Counted from the first letter of the stretch, positions 25,460 through 39,629 are shown. The stretch is 64,000 nucleotides of DNA from Octopus sinensis (GCF_006345805.1 NW_021832867.1:1-64000), one strand, 5' to 3'. Notes: a model not told the origin generated them from the letters alone. Translations and numbers: made by a program.

Positions 25460-25660
25460 CACGAATTCCTGTTTCATGTGCTGGACTGTGCGGGAATTCC
25501 CTTATAAATAGTCAACTTTATAAAAAAAACCTGGTGAATAAGTGGAACGTTTGTCTTCATCTTGGAAAAAAGAGAATTGGGACTGAAGTCGAATTGCGGA
25601 ATTCTACAAGGAGACGCTTTATCTCCGCAATTATTCGTATTGGTAATGAATACAATAAGC
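25460..25660 (+). mobile_element. R4-clade RT fragment
   Basis: CGILQGDALSPQLFVL motif, with frameshifts upstream. Confidence 0.7.
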
Positions 25661-25799
25661 AGAATACTTAATTCTAAATTAATAATGAATTAATGCTGCT
25701 TTAGTTCTTGAACACCTTGGAGAAAAAGTCGGCTATTTGTCTCAGAAGACGAGTTATTAAAAACAGAAACTGCATATTTCGACGATCGCAAGATTTTTT

Positions 25800-28700
25800 G
25801 TCTCTAGAAGTCAAGACTAATTATTTATCAATTGAACTAATTAATGCGTCCTCTTACTCGATTCTCCTCCTCTTTGAGCTAAAGCCAATCTCTTCGATAG
25901 GCACATTTATCCATCTCACAGGGTTGGCCTCTTCTGTGGTCGTTCTCAAGTTCGACTCAATGGCCTCACTTGGCAGAGCCTCTTCCGTTGTTCCATTTGT
26001 AAAACAAGTCGTTTGGCATTCTTCTGGCGGGATCATTCCAAATTTGTGTTCTACACGCATACTCTCCAATGTTTTTCTGATAACCACCAACTGAATGTAA
26101 GCTCGTGTAAGTTCTTCCAAACCAATAGTATCGCAATGGTGTTTATAGTATTTACTCACAACACCATCCCACGTTAGTACCAATGGTACTATGGTTACCT
26201 TGGCTTTATGGATTAATCCCAGTTCACTGGCAAGCAGGTCGTACTTGTGGAGTTTTTCCACTTCGACTTGCTTCAATTTTTTTGAGAGGTGATTCAAATC
26301 TCTATAAGCGTGATTGTGTTCCTCATTTTGTCAAGTACAAAGATATCCGGCTTGTTATTCTCAACCTTTGTATCCGTATTAATTGTCGTTTTAACACGAA
26401 TCTCCTCAGAGTTATTCGCAACCACTGATTGAACAGAGTGGATTTTCAATTTCTTAGATTTCTTGATTCCATACTCCCTGCATAGATGTAGATGTACACA
26501 TTTCACTACTTCGTTGTGTCGTCGTAAGTAGTCACTATTCAGCATTCGACCACACCTCGTTGCTAAGTGGTCAACAGTCTTTTTGGAAGAGTTACAGTGA
26601 CTGCAAATTGCCCCAACATTGTCGAAAAATAGATTACGGTTCTAAAGTATGGATAAAGCATGGATCTTGGTGAGTTATTTCCATGTGATAACCAATGAGA
26701 AGATTCTGCAACGTCGACATTGGAATCATTCAAAAAATCAAAGAGAATTGCATGTAATGGTTTTTTCATTATTTGCTCAATTAAGCTGTTATTCTGCAAT
26801 TCTCTCAGCATGTTCAAATCAAGCTTCCAATATCTTGAATGTTGTATTTGCGCTTGAGGTATTCAGCAATTGTGGCCAAATGTGTTCTCTTTGAATTAAT
26901 GACCCGCAGAATCCCTCCTTTTCATATGCAGTAACGAGATTTTTTTCCAAGATCACGGAGGAATTGAAGTAGTATCCGTTCACTTTTATGAGTAATGGAT
27001 ACAAATCCTCTTCCAAATTGATCTCTTGGGAGGTAAAGCCTTTCCTTGTTTGTAGGCTTCAAATTAATTTGATGATGTACAAGAATGCTGCGTACATTTT
27101 TGTCAATTTGTTCAAACTCAAGTGGCTCAATGTCAACAAGCCCAATATAATAGTTATAGAGGGATAATGCGTGTTCATTTATGGCTTTAAATAATTTACA
27201 CGAGTTTAGTTTGGTCTTGGAAAAATTGTCGATCCTCTTTTTTAGTTCCCCAAAGAGTGCCTTCAATACTTCGCTTTTCAATACATCGCTTCTTCTATCT
27301 TCTAACACTCCAAGATATCTGTAACCTTCCATCCCATCAAGCAATTTAGCTTCAGACCCAAGGTTTGTGAGATTAGTTGCAGACTTTTCGACATTTTTTT
27401 CCAGTCCGACAGCTTCGAAGAAATTATTTACCTCATTCATCATATTCATCATTGTATCTTCTTTTTGTGAAAATATTTTTAGATCATCCATAAACAGTAA
27501 GTGATTTGTTGTATATGTAATACAACCCTGATCTTGGTTATCAATCATCACTTTTGGGTACTTAGCATTCAGAATTCTACTAAGAGGATCCATCACCAGG
27601 GCAAAGATTTGAGGTGACAAGGAATCACCCTGGAGTATTCCTCTTTCCAATTTTACTTCTCCGATTTCATTATGATTCAGAATTAGCTTTATTCTCCACT
27701 TCGTTACAAGGTTCTTCACAAAATTCACAATCCAGCTAGGGAGTCCGGAGTTTTCAAGCACCTGGAACAGAAAGTCGTGATCTACCGAATCGAACGCTTT
27801 CTTTACATCAATCCAGGTAGAAAACAAATTATTTCCGTTTTGCTTGTGAATGCACCGGTTAAGAATTGCTTGTTCCTTTGCCCCTTGACACATTCGCCGA
27901 GTTCCCAATTGATTATCGGCAATCAGATTATATGCCTCAATATAATCTCCCAACTTCCTGTTAACACATTTCGTTGCAAGTTTATATAAGTTAGACATAC
28001 AAGTAATTGGTCTCAAATCTTTGGGTCCTTGACAAATATCTTTCTTTGGGATGAGATATGTGATTCCAGTGTAGAACCACTCATCCGGTGTGTATTCACC
28101 ATGGATTATCTTGTCTAGTTCTTCACACAAGTGATCATGGATTGAGGTCATTTTTTTTAGAAAGAAATTATACACCCCATCACAACCGCTAGCTCTCCAG
28201 TTTGGGAGTTGTTTAATTGTTTCAAGGATGCTTTCTTTACTAAACTCTGCAAATATATCCTCTGCCCATGTCACTCTCTTGTTAATATGTAACACATTAT
28301 CGCTCTTCTCATTTCTACTCCATATTTTTTTCCAATATGATAGACATTCACTGTTATTAAACATAAACTCTGCACTCTTTCTTTCATCATTTAAACTGCG
28401 ATAGAAACAACGCCAATTCAGTTCAAAGAACCAATTCTGTTTCCGAAATTCTTTTCTTGCATCATGGAGTCGAAGTTTCTTCTCAACAATCTTTATTTCG
28501 TCTCCAATGCAAGCAGAAATTCTTCCAAGTTCTCCTTTCTTTGCCTTTCGATATCCATATTCACTCAGCGTATCCCTCGTTGCATTATCAAACTTCAAGC
28601 TTCCTTTTTGATCAATAAGTGTATTAGTCTGTTCGTATTGTTCTTTAAGTTTAATTAGTTTTGCTTCCATAATTCCTTTCTAGTTGTTATTCTTAGGAGA

Positions 28701-29400
28701 GTATTTTGTGAGAGCTTGGTATGTCAGCTGTGCAGCATAAACGATATCGATGATATCATTCAAATTGACAGGAGGGTTGGTCTTTATATATTCATTAATC
28801 ACTGCATTTATTCCAGACAATATTTCTTTTTTAAGTAGTTGATATGGGACTTTTTTGGTCGGCTTTCGTTTTTTTCGAGAGATAGATTTTACTTGCTCTA
28901 TTTGGGAAGAAAATTCAATTGAGCAATCTCTAAAATTAGAGATTTCAGTCTTGTGATTCTTTTCTTGATCCATTGGAGAGTTAGACTTTGTTCCCGTCAT
29001 CTTAGCCAGACTCTTCACATTCGCCACAGATTTGGACGTGAAAAACTTTTCGTTAAAAGCCTGAGTAATCATAGGCCATCCACCACGTGGTATTCTTTTG
29101 AATCTTGCTCGAGAAACGTTGACCACTTCATTCGCCCATTTAATCATGTTCACCTGCGTTACTTGATCGATGATAGCCCGTAGAGTTAACAGATTAGCAG
29201 GACAATCCGGTTGCGACACCAAATTTGAAGGGGGAATATCAGATTCTTGCGTTCCAAGCTGCCCACGGACCACACGATCTACGTTATTATTGGTTTCTCT
29301 TTCATTATCTTTCGTAGATAGGTCCATTGGGAATGTTTCATTAAACCCAGTAAAAACAAACATGCACGTAACAACAAGAATTGGGTTTTTTTTGACTCTA
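25800..29400 (-). mobile_element. Near full-length R4-clade (Dong/R4-like) non-LTR retrotransposon, disrupted
   Basis: RT with WIDVKKAFDSVDH, GILQGDSLSP, LLFMDDLK, YRYLG; CCHC (C..C....HL..RC..M...Y..RH); RLE KPDIFVLDK..KYDLLA..TWDG. One in-frame TAG at 28680-28682 and several frameshifts downstream of about 26940. Confidence 0.95.
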
Positions 29401-29409
29401 AATTTAGAA

Positions 29410-30030
29410 TGACTGATAATCTATCTATCACTAGCAACTCCCTGAGGGATGTTCATCAGCAATATTTATCGACAAAATTAAAAGCAAATTATTTCATTTT
29501 GTCTTGTTCAGATGTGAAGAGGATTCTAATGTTGACATTAAAATGTCTGTGGTTGAACAAAGGGAACAATACACCAAGAAGTGAAGCCTTGTGTTGCTTT
29601 TTGCAAGATAGAAATTTGTTCTTTTCTACGCGTGATGCGCTGTGCGATTATTGCAAAAAAGCTGAGTAGACAGTGGACCACATGGCTACCCGGTGCAACA
29701 GAATGCTAAACAGTGACTATGTAAAAATGCACAACGAAGTTGTGAGATGCATTTATTTGCACGTTTGCAGGACATAAATTCAGGCACTTGTGATGACGAC
29801 ACTGGAAAGCATGGTAGTGAAACATAGACATGGCATTCATACGCCACAAGAAGAATTCATTACGGTAACCAGCCAGTTGGTTGAAATGACAAATCAATTT
29901 TGCGAAGACTTTCCGAATAAAACAAATGGGCAAATTATGAACGATTCTGGGAACAAAAGTGATAGTGCGTTGGTAGACAGTTTTCTCAAAAGGAGAAGAA
30001 TTTCCGGAGACCAGGATCAATGAATTACTT
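29410..30030 (+). mobile_element. R4-clade 3' deletion derivative
   Basis: GNNTPRSEALCCFLQDRNLFF..CDYC, HNEVVRCI, TLESMVVKHRHG. Confidence 0.88.
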
Positions 30031-31747
30031 AATTTCTCATTTTGCGTTTAATTGTTGTTGATTTGACATTTAGTCAGTAAGATAATCAAAATAGATTTTA
30101 TATTGTAAAAATACTTTTCTTTGGTGTCACAGTCATGGAAGCATTTCTCGGCGTTTATTTCTTTTTTTGGTTTTCTTATAAACAAGTTTCCTTCATTGTT
30201 CTTTTTCCTTAATTTTTAGATATGCCAGATTATTTTTAATGTAGTGAATTGGCTTTTTTTGTTTTTATCATTTTAAACCTTGTTATGAATTTAAATTTAA
30301 TTCAATTTTTTAACAATGTTATTTATTCCGATAATATATCGGGAATACTTATACATCTTCAACGTCCGACGAATCTTCACTAGAAGGTCTGTGCAGATTT
30401 GTAAGGTCCGTATAATACCCGTATATTCGGAATATTTCATAAAGAGGATTGCCACTAAAAATACATAAGTATTTACTTATAATTATCCATTGAAGTGGTT
30501 TTTTTATTATCAGAATTATTTTTCATTTTTTTAGCCATGTATACAGTAACGATAATGAATGTTTATAAAAACTTTCTGTTTCGACTTTAACTTTACTAAT
30601 TCATTAAGATCACATTATTAATACTTATTCACAAAATCAATGTTCAAATATAATCTCTATTGATTTCATTATCCTTATTTTAAGTATAGTTTCCTTTCAA
30701 TTATTAAATCATCTGGATTATTTGCTTTAGTTTTGGTTCTATCATTAATTTGGGTTCTAGTGCAAATAAAAATACTATAAAAAGATAAAAAATAATATAT
30801 TTTGATGAAAACTTTTAATGAAAAGATTTTACTGCATCCAATCCCTTCTAGAGTATATGAGTTCAATAAACCTAGTTATTTCTCGAATGTTATAATGAAG
30901 CTAGAAAAATTTAATTCTTGCAATCTACTTTCCAAATTATTTATTCATCTGCAATTTTAAAATTTTTAAGCTAAAAAGAGTGAGTGATTATCACTAATTA
31001 TTTCATTACCCTATCGACTAATAGCTACCAAACCCATTTATTATTTTACAAAATGAAACCAAAAACATCATATCTAAATTTCTCCTTTCAAAATTTATTA
31101 ATTATTGACATCTTACTGAATTTTTCCGGAAACTATTGAACTAAAAAAGTTTCCTAAAGCTTACAAATTGTTAAAAAAAGTTTAAAAGTTTTAAAAATCT
31201 TTCTCGTGCAGTGTATTAATATTTCTTGGATTAATATTTCAAAATATCTACAATATGCATAATTGCTAACCATCAATAAGAACGGGAGGGATGTTAGGAG
31301 GACGTCCTAAACTGCGTAGTCTTAAACAATCTTTCTCTTTTTTAACTGTCTTTTCAATGAGAAAACATATGCATACATACAATCATAAAGAAAATTCTTG
31401 AAAGCATGGTTGTTTCTTATAGGAACAAATGGAAATGACCTTCGAACTGGGCAAAAAAATAAAAGATATTTATCAGAAAATAGATATGACTACAACTTTG
31501 CAATTGCCTGTCAGCCATTGTCAAAAGGAGACTGGCTTGGTTACCTAAAAAACTATAAAGATCTAGAAAATAATTCTCAGATGAAGTTTCTTCTCTAAAA
31601 AATAATAATAAATATTCAGTTGTAGACAGAACAGAATAGAACTAAACAATCCTAATTGTTGTGGCTGATATTTCTTAAAAATCAACGAAAATAAAAAAAA
31701 TTGATATTGCAAAACCACAGCGATAAGAATAAAATTGATATAGAAAG

Positions 31748-32545
31748 TTAAAACAAGTTATAAGTAGAACTCTGTTTTCTTCTTATCAACAGAAAAGTCA
31801 CAAATGCGACCGTCAGCATAACAATTATTATAGATCCCAAAATAATTGGAATCCTAGTATTCTTTCTTAAATCTGAATCACAATGATTTCCTAATAAAAA
31901 ATTATCATATCGAAATAAAGAACCAATTATGCTAAAATGTTCAGACTTATCATTGTGAAAAAACTCAATTTTTAAATTTTTTATTTCAACATGCACAGCC
32001 GACGATATATTTACCAACTTCAGAGATTTACACGCGTAATAATTATTTTTTTCCGTTTTAAACAATGTTATATTACCGTTCTCGTCACAATTTTCTATGC
32101 AAAATTAACTAAAAATCAAACTTTGATTGCAAAATCTAATTTTCTGAACTTCGTATATGTTCCCAGGAAGCAAATGAGCAAAAAAAGTTAAGTTTTTTCC
32201 ACTCAAAGAGTTGAGATTCAGAATTTGCTCATTGTCCAATTGGTTGCAGATACTTCCTGCTGTTGATGTTTCATTTTTACGGAATATAGCGATCTCCTGT
32301 ACAAAATGTTGAAAATATGTACATTTTGTGAGTCGACTTTAATTTCAGCTTCGAGAAGCATGCAAATATAATTTTTGGAATTTTTAACAGTCCACAAATT
32401 AGGATGTAGTGCGGTTTTTATTTGTTCTGAATTATTTTGTAGAATTTGCTATAAACAATTTATTAATAGATTAAACTTTTGTTCCAAAAAAGAGAATAAA
32501 GACTAAAAATAAAAAATTAATGTACTAACCTAAATGATTAATCAT
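31748..32545 (-). CDS. LAMP-family lysosomal membrane glycoprotein (single LAMP domain)
   Basis: Hydrophobic N-terminus, VKNSKNYICMLLEA, Y.CKS, C.SD..IPIILGSIIIVML transmembrane segment, cytosolic tail RRKQSSTYNLF with YxxPhi; 26-28-nt introns. One homopolymer indel is needed. Confidence 0.72.
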
Positions 32546-33039
32546 TGTGCGTTCTTGGAATGTTGTTTTATTTGATAACTGGTAATTTGAGCAAATTTTT
32601 TGTTAAAAATACAAAAAATATTTTAATAATATCAAACAAATTTTAAATTGTAAAAATAAAAACCAGCAACGTCAAAAATTATTATCGAATTGTATTGAAA
32701 TGTGTGTAATTTTTGTTTATCTCAAAAACCAGAATGATACCTATGAAATCTTCTTTTCAGAATTATTATTCGGTTTTAGTCTCTTTTATAAAGAAAATTT
32801 ATTTAGCCATAAATTATAATAGTACATTAACAAAGGTGTCTCACCTTGTGATATTTTCCTCGGAAATGTAAAAAAAATAGTTTTTTCAATTTCTATTATT
32901 TATTGTCATATTATGTCGCGAGTCGAGATCGAAAACGAGAGCGAAACCGAGTCGAGGGTGAAACTATTACAGGTTTCATAACACTGACAGCCGTCATAAG
33001 TCGTCATAAAATAATAATTCCAGTGAAAATAATTACGTT

Positions 33040-33420
33040 AGCCTAATGGCCCATACCAGACTGAAATCCATCATTGAAGGCCAGACGTTGATATTCCGAA
33101 AGTTCCGACTAAAAAAGAAAGCTGTAAATTTCTATCTTATTGACAGAAAGTTATATCTAAAAAATACTTATCAACTTCACATCTTGCTTTAACAAGCACA
33201 GAAGAAATGAAAATTATTGCTCAAGAAATCCACGAAACAAATTGTGCGCATAATATTCTGGATGCACTTTGCAGAAGGAGATTTTTCGTAATCAAGCGAA
33301 ACATCAGTCGTCAAGTCGTAAATGAGTGCAAATTATTACGTTTGATGCGCCATTGAAACAGCATGACGGTTCAAGCCATATTGTTGCTGATTTACCTAAT
33401 GAAAAGTTTAACGTTTGATC
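33040..33420 (+). mobile_element. Degraded integrase zinc-binding fragment (Ginger/gypsy-like)
   Basis: KAVNFYLIDRKLY, EIHETNCAH....VVNEC pattern of an H2C2 integrase domain, with stops. Confidence 0.45.
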
Positions 33421-33839
33421 ATTCTTACGGAGATACAGCCACTATTGTAACAAAATTGTCTAAAAATTTTGTCAATGTTAAAGATAGTAAAACAATAGTA
33501 AAGAAAAGGCACTTTAAAATGCCTTAAAAAGATGATTGACACTAATTAGTTAATGTTTTCTCTGAAATAATTGATTATTCCATTTTTAGACAATGATTAA
33601 AATTGATTACAGCGGTCATGGTTCTATTCTCGGCCTTGTTGCATTCTTGACATGTTATTTTTTATCAGTTAACTTTCTAATTTTTGTGACGTCATCTGTT
33701 AAATGTACTATTTTGTAAAATATGCAAAGGAAAACGACTACATCCTTCTATCTGAAAGGGTCGAAAATTGTTTATTGATCATTTATTTCTATCTCTGGAA
33801 CAATCTCAGTTTTAGATTTCTTGATGCAGGTACAAAAAA

Positions 33840-34610
33840 GAGAAGTTAACTCCGAGCGGATGGACAGGCAATTTCCACGTAATATCGGGAACGACATTCG
33901 CTGAAAAAGCCAGCTCGTTTCACGACTGTCGTGACTCCTCCTCGAGATGATTAAACTAATCTCTGAGAGGAGTTTGAGCGCTTTGGGTCCAATTATCCCA
34001 CTCGTCTCAAAGCCAGAGGAATGAAGCAGCAGATATCGGTCAACGAGCCATATTTTGCAGTTTTCATAGATTCGACAAGGGCAGATGCAGATCCAGGACG
34101 AGAAGCGGAGTCAACCAGTGATAATGAGGAAAATGAGTCTACGCAAATAACATTTCTCACAAGTGCCATTCCCTCCCTGAACGGGAGTTTTCTGTCCCCA
34201 CGGTCCAGTCCAACCGGTTCTAATATTGAGGAGAATCCAGCGGCGTTAAGCGCGTGCTTCACAACATAATTTAAGGAGGCGTGCCTGAAAATCTTCCCGG
34301 CACTGAGACGACAAGAGAGAGGGTATAAACCACTCCTGTCGATGAATTTTCCACATCTACAATAGTGCGGCTGGCAAATCTCCATGCAAAGCTGTAAACA
34401 AATTCCAATGCGGACTGATTCGTTGTCTAGGAACATACCGGCTGCAGGTAAAATAGTTTGTCAAACTGGAATTACTCTTGATATCCGTCAACCGAGGGAG
34501 CGAAAAAGCGGAGCGTCCTGGGGCCGAAGATCCCCGAAGACTCCAAAGCAATTCGAGAGGTGGCCGTACTTGAGAATCTTTCGATCCTCGGCCAGTGCAT
34601 TTAATTGATT
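33840..34610 (-). mobile_element. CRE-clade 3' fragments (rearranged pair)
   Basis: FLDNESVRIGICLQL..CRCG..RH..LEPVGLDRGD. Similar in nucleotide sequence to 58141-58500. Confidence 0.9.
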
Positions 34611-34779
34611 TTAATTTCTTGTCGGGTAAAAAGAATGTAGATAATTCATGAAATGATAATGTACTATTTTTTGAGCGCATCCAGTGAAAAATTTAAATAT
34701 TACATATATTACTTAGCAGATATTGGCATTGCAATAAATACAGTGAGGCAAAATGTGGAATATATATTCGAGTGAAAAG

Positions 34780-35130
34780 ATAGAATTATGTTTATGGTGG
34801 ATATGTAGCCTGGCGGATTGCCAAACTGTTTCCCCGGATAATGGCAATCGAGAGCCGTTGCATTAGCCAGTTCGCCTCCCGAGGATCATGGGTGCGCATT
34901 GAGATTTTGGCTCCGAGCTTGCGAAGGAACTTTTCAGTTTTTGGACCGAGAGCACCCGACGTCTCCGCCGCGATCGGCACCACGGAAAACTTCTCCGAGA
35001 GGGCAGAATATTTTAAAAGCTTTAAATCTTCAGCCTTCTTAGCTGCAGATTTGGCCTCCAGGGCACACGAAGTTAAGTGAGAAGCAGAAAAGGTGTCGCA
35101 GCAGGTTGCGTCCCAAGTGAGGCAAATAAG
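34780..35130 (-). mobile_element. CRE-clade 3' end
   Basis: WDATCCDTF..KYSAL..PIAAETSGALGP..DPREANWLMQRLSIAIIRGN. Confidence 0.92.
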
Positions 35131-35379
35131 TCAAAAAACACCTATCATTTTTTTAATTTGACATATTTTATAACGTTAATGGTAGGTTAGCTACATACCA
35201 TTTTTTGAGGCTCGGAATTTAAAGGCTGTTAAATTTGTCTTTATTTACAAGCGATAGTTAAATCACTTAAAAACGGATTAATAATTACTATTTAAAAAAT
35301 TAAATTGTAACAAGAACATTTAAAATATAGTGTAAATGAATTGACACTATTACTTCCAGATCTAGAAAAAAGAGACTAT

Positions 35380-36712
35380 TTATAATACTTTTATCATGCC
35401 ATCAAATCCTCCAGAGCAAATGGAAGATCCATTTTCTAAATATTTAATTCCCGTTACAGCATCTGAATGCCCTAATATCCATGATATGCGATTTCCAGTT
35501 AAAACATCCCAAATATTAATCGATCCATCCAAATGTCCAGAAATGAGAAACGCTCCTACCAATTAATAACAATATTTTTGAACCACTAAATGAAAAACAG
35601 GCCGAACAGACTCTGCTAATTACCGATTTACATTTAAAAAGAACAATTATACACAATGAACGTATATCAATAAGTCGACTCTAAAAATAAATTTTTCAGT
35701 AAAATATTTACCGATCCGTCTAATGAGCACATCAAAAAGTAGCCTTCATTTGGACACCAAGCCAGATTTGTTATATTTTCAATGTTAGGAAATGTTCTAA
35801 CAATTTCTTTACCTCTAATATCGCATAAGAGTGTATCAGTTTTGTCCTATTAGTAATTAAAGCAACGCTAACAGCTGATAAAAAAGTGGATCCTGAATTA
35901 GATGTAAGTTCAAGAAAATTTACTCGACCAATATGGCCTGAGTAGCTGGCCAAAGTTACTTCATTTTCTATGTCTGTCACAGCACAATTTCCTTCAAAAT
36001 CTCCAGAAAGAATCTGTTATACTAAATCAAACATTAAATTTGACCAGATTGCTGGAATAAAAAAAACGGCTTTTTGTTAGTCTTCTCGAAGAGCACCTGA
36101 CATCTTTGAAATTTTCAATATCATGAGTCCAAATTTTACAGATTGAATCAAACCCTCTTAAAAAATTATAAAAATTATCAACGAAATAAGTATATTTTTT
36201 CCAGATGGTCCAATAGAACAACAATTAGGATTGTTTAGTTCTATTCTGTTCTGTCTACAACTGAACGTGTTCAAATCATGTGTAATGCAGATTGAATTCT
36301 AACATAATACATTTTATAAATACCTCAAGTATACAGGCAATCCTTTCTTCAGTAGAATTTAAAGATAGTTCAAGAATTTTATTGTCACATTTTGTTGACT
36401 TTTTATAAGAAATGTCTACAAGTCTATTTCCCTTGGCTCTTTTTGCTTTCATGTAAATATATAAATAATACAAATTGATTCAACGTACGGCATCATGAGA
36501 ATCAATTCTTTTTTGTATTCGTTCACTAAGTCCGATTCCTCGTCAGTAGACCTTACATAATTTAAATTAAATTCTGTCTTTCTTCTATTCATTTTTATTG
36601 TATCAGGTGTTGAATCAGTTGAGCTATCGTCGAATTTGCTTTGCGAATATAAAGAAATTTCGTCAAACGTTGATTCAGTTTTTTTAATTTCAATTTCGCT
36701 GGACCTCTTCAT
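35380..36712 (-). CDS. Divergent G-protein beta-subunit-like WD40 protein with Ser/acidic N-terminal extension
   Basis: SIGPSG...GFDSICKIW, SGDFEGNCAVTDIE...SYSGHIGRV, and the C-terminal GAFLISGHLDGSINIWDVL...GHSDAVTGI...SGGFDGMIKVL* are collinear with Gbeta blades; tiny introns. Confidence 0.6.
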
Positions 36713-36959
36713 CTTAATTTCGAATAATCAGAATATTAACCATAAAATACGGAAACTATTATACATTTTATACTAGAATTAATGAGGAGTAAAATGATCA
36801 AATTAAATTTTACCTATTACTTTTATAAAATAATAAAACAAATATTAGATCAATTTAGAAGAGAACTAATATTTAATTAACAGAAATGAAATATAATTTG
36901 TCACCATTTTAAATTAACGATCTTTAGATAATTGCCCATCAACTATTTCTTTTTTCAAA

Positions 36960-37780
36960 ATTACTTTAAATTAACGATAGAGAAAATGTTGCTATCAGAA
37001 TCGCTATGTAGATTTTTCGAAACAAACATTTATTCTCTAGAGGCTCTCTTCGTCTTTTTGGATCAGTTTCCCAATCTTTCCAACGAGTTCAAACGGTTTA
37101 TTATTCATTGGTCCGGAAGTTTCTACGGAAATTGGAGAAAAGATGATGTTGTCCGACAGATCGGAATATTTTGAGATTTTTATATTTTTTGGCGTTCTTA
37201 GCGGCTGAACCTGGACTGATTACAAAGGCAACTATATTCGTCTTCAAAAAGGTGTCGATGGACCTATTACACAAAAAATTTCGCATTACTCAACGGAAAA
37301 ACAGTGACTTCATCTGGGCGTTGACCGTCTCCAAGGTCAAGCCAAACAGGTTCCAGTCCTATCGGGAATCCAGCAGCTTATAACGCAGCCGAAATAGTCT
37401 CGTTAATAGCAGAATGTCTGAGAGCATGCACGTGGGGAGAGAAAAGCAGAAAGACCTATTTAAGTGGCAAACCTAGTCTAATTCCACCAAGCCTTAAAGG
37501 TAATTTGCAACAAGTCCACGTCATCAAAGCATATTTTTAGGATTTTTTCAGCTTTGAAATTTATTAATGCTCTTTCGGGTGAGGAATACCGGAACATTAA
37601 AAAAAAGCTCTCTGACCACAATTTTCTTCGTGAAAGGCAAACAGTGCCGTCTTTATTTAAATTTCAATTCTTGATTATTTACAGCACTTTTAAAAGATCG
37701 ATATATACTAAAGAACGTTATGTTGACTAAGGTCCCGTTTGTGCCAGCCACACATTTATTTGTAACAAAAGAAAGAGAAC
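36960..37780 (-). mobile_element. Degraded CRE-clade 3' region
   Basis: HSAINETIS..AAGFPIGLEPVWLDLGDGQRPDEVTVFP..KYSDL..PISVETSG. The plus-strand ORFs here are antisense artefacts. Confidence 0.85.
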
Positions 37781-38144
37781 AAATAACTATTTATTCTAAT
37801 TAATCCGAAATGAGTTGCATCTCTTCTTTTCAAATTCTTTTTATTGGCGTGCGGCTGAAGAAGACTAGGAAGCCTGTGACATCCCATTCGGAGTCCGTCC
37901 GCCTTAAATTGTTTGGGGAATCCTTTTTTATAAAAGTAATGATTTTTTACAGTTCGCTTTAAAGTATAAATTTAATTCATCGATAATTATAATGCTTATA
38001 TTGAACTTTACTGATCTATGTTTAATTGGGCTATTGTCAGACTTAACTTGAAATGCAATGTTAATGTGTTGTCTGGAATTTTACAATTTAGTATTAATGA
38101 ATAAAAGTTAAATGTTTTTATGGAAAAGAAAGGAATAAATACGC

Positions 38145-39400
38145 TTATACGTACATTTTGATAGAGCACGAATCACCCCAAATAGGCTGAGAATCAAAAG
38201 GTTCGCCATCAACTGACATAGATTTTAGCCTTTCTGGAGGGAAAATTCCAAAAGATTCGATTTCTATAACCTGAATGTCATTTAAAGATTCAATATCGGG
38301 ATTTAGGGCATGCATCATGAACTTGAATTTATTCCGGAATGAACCAGGCTTTAACAAAAACTAAATTAAATAAAAAGTAGTAATAAACTAAATAAGGATT
38401 TCCAGAGAAAGAACTGAACCCAGGAAATAGACACAAAGTTTCCCCGACAAATGGATGTGCAGAAACAGTAACTGAAGCAAATTTTCCTTCGATGACTTCC
38501 CATTCATTTGGAATATCCCCACCAAACTTCTCTCTTGCTTCTAAAATGTTTTATATCGTTCACCAGTTAACGGTTCTGAAATCTCTGGATATAGTGTGTA
38601 ATGTTCGGTAACAATCAATTTTTGAAAAAATGGTTTGAGGGGCTTTTTTGAATACTTTGGTTTGTAAAAAATTGTATATTTGTCATTATTGTAAGGATCT
38701 GTATGATTTATGGAGTATTACTGGATATGATTAGTTTTGTCGCCATCAAACGTGTTGTCAGTGCTCGCGGATTTCCAGATTTAAAATCAATGTCTGGGAG
38801 TATTCCGAATGAGATTATTATATGAGATCGGACGGTTTTCTCACATCGAGTCAGCTTAACAAACACTGCATTTACATCCTGGGGTATATTCGACTTGTAT
38901 GAAGATATAGAGCTATGTATATATTCAGTCATTCGAGAACAACTTAAATTAAATACAACTTTGTTCACTTTTTTTGAACTGAGAAGCTCTTATACAACCC
39001 GTTGTTGGTTCCTCCAGGAAAAATGATGAAACGAATGCTTTTTGATAAGTTAAAGTCCTCCCGACCCAATAATGAATGAATTACCAAATAAATAAGCACT
39101 TTTTATTTACCTGGAACATAGTTCCATCCCCAGAGACAAAGACAATAACGTTTAATAAAGAAAAATCGAATTCTTTTTCAAAATATTTTTTTATTTGATG
39201 ACTTGATTCTATAATATTGATGCATTAAGGTATACCTGTAATAAATGTATTGTATGGGATGTTTTTATTTTTTAAAATTGGAGCTATCACTTTTTCAAAC
39301 CGTTTTAAAGATTTTTTATTACCAGAATTTGGGTTAATCACAATGAACATTGAACCTGTTAGAAAATAGTATAAGGTGTTATAGTTAATTTTTTAATACA
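38145..39400 (-). CDS. SPHK: Sphingosine kinase-like DAGK-domain lipid kinase (start not resolved)
   Basis: VINPNSGNKK, SGDGTMFQ, FPGGTNNGL, SFGILPDIDFKS, WEVIEGKF, SVDGEPFD, all collinear with the SPHK C1-C5 motifs; tiny introns. Confidence 0.75.
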
Positions 39401-39629
39401 TTTCCAAATTTGAAATAAAAATAAATAAAAATAATATTTATAAAGATTTTAGTTTTCAAAGTTTTTTAATATTCTGCAAATTAGAAATAAAATTAGTTTT
39501 CGAAGGTTTTTAATATCTATCTTTTAAAATTCATCTCACCTGATAAATAAAACAAAAATTAATATAATTTTGTCTTTATCAGTCAAATAATTAAAAATTT
39601 AAAACAACTAACAGAACAATTCGATTATT

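Noticed and set aside
36932-37383. Plus-strand ORFs as a host gene
   Set aside because: They are antisense to a clear CRE endonuclease remnant.
37846-37930. GC-rich stem (GGCGTGCGG/CCGTCCGCC) with an Sm-like site and T-run as a small ncRNA
   Set aside because: No match to the snRNA, SRP, Y or vault motifs I know; it lies just upstream of a degraded minus-strand CRE and is probably part of it.
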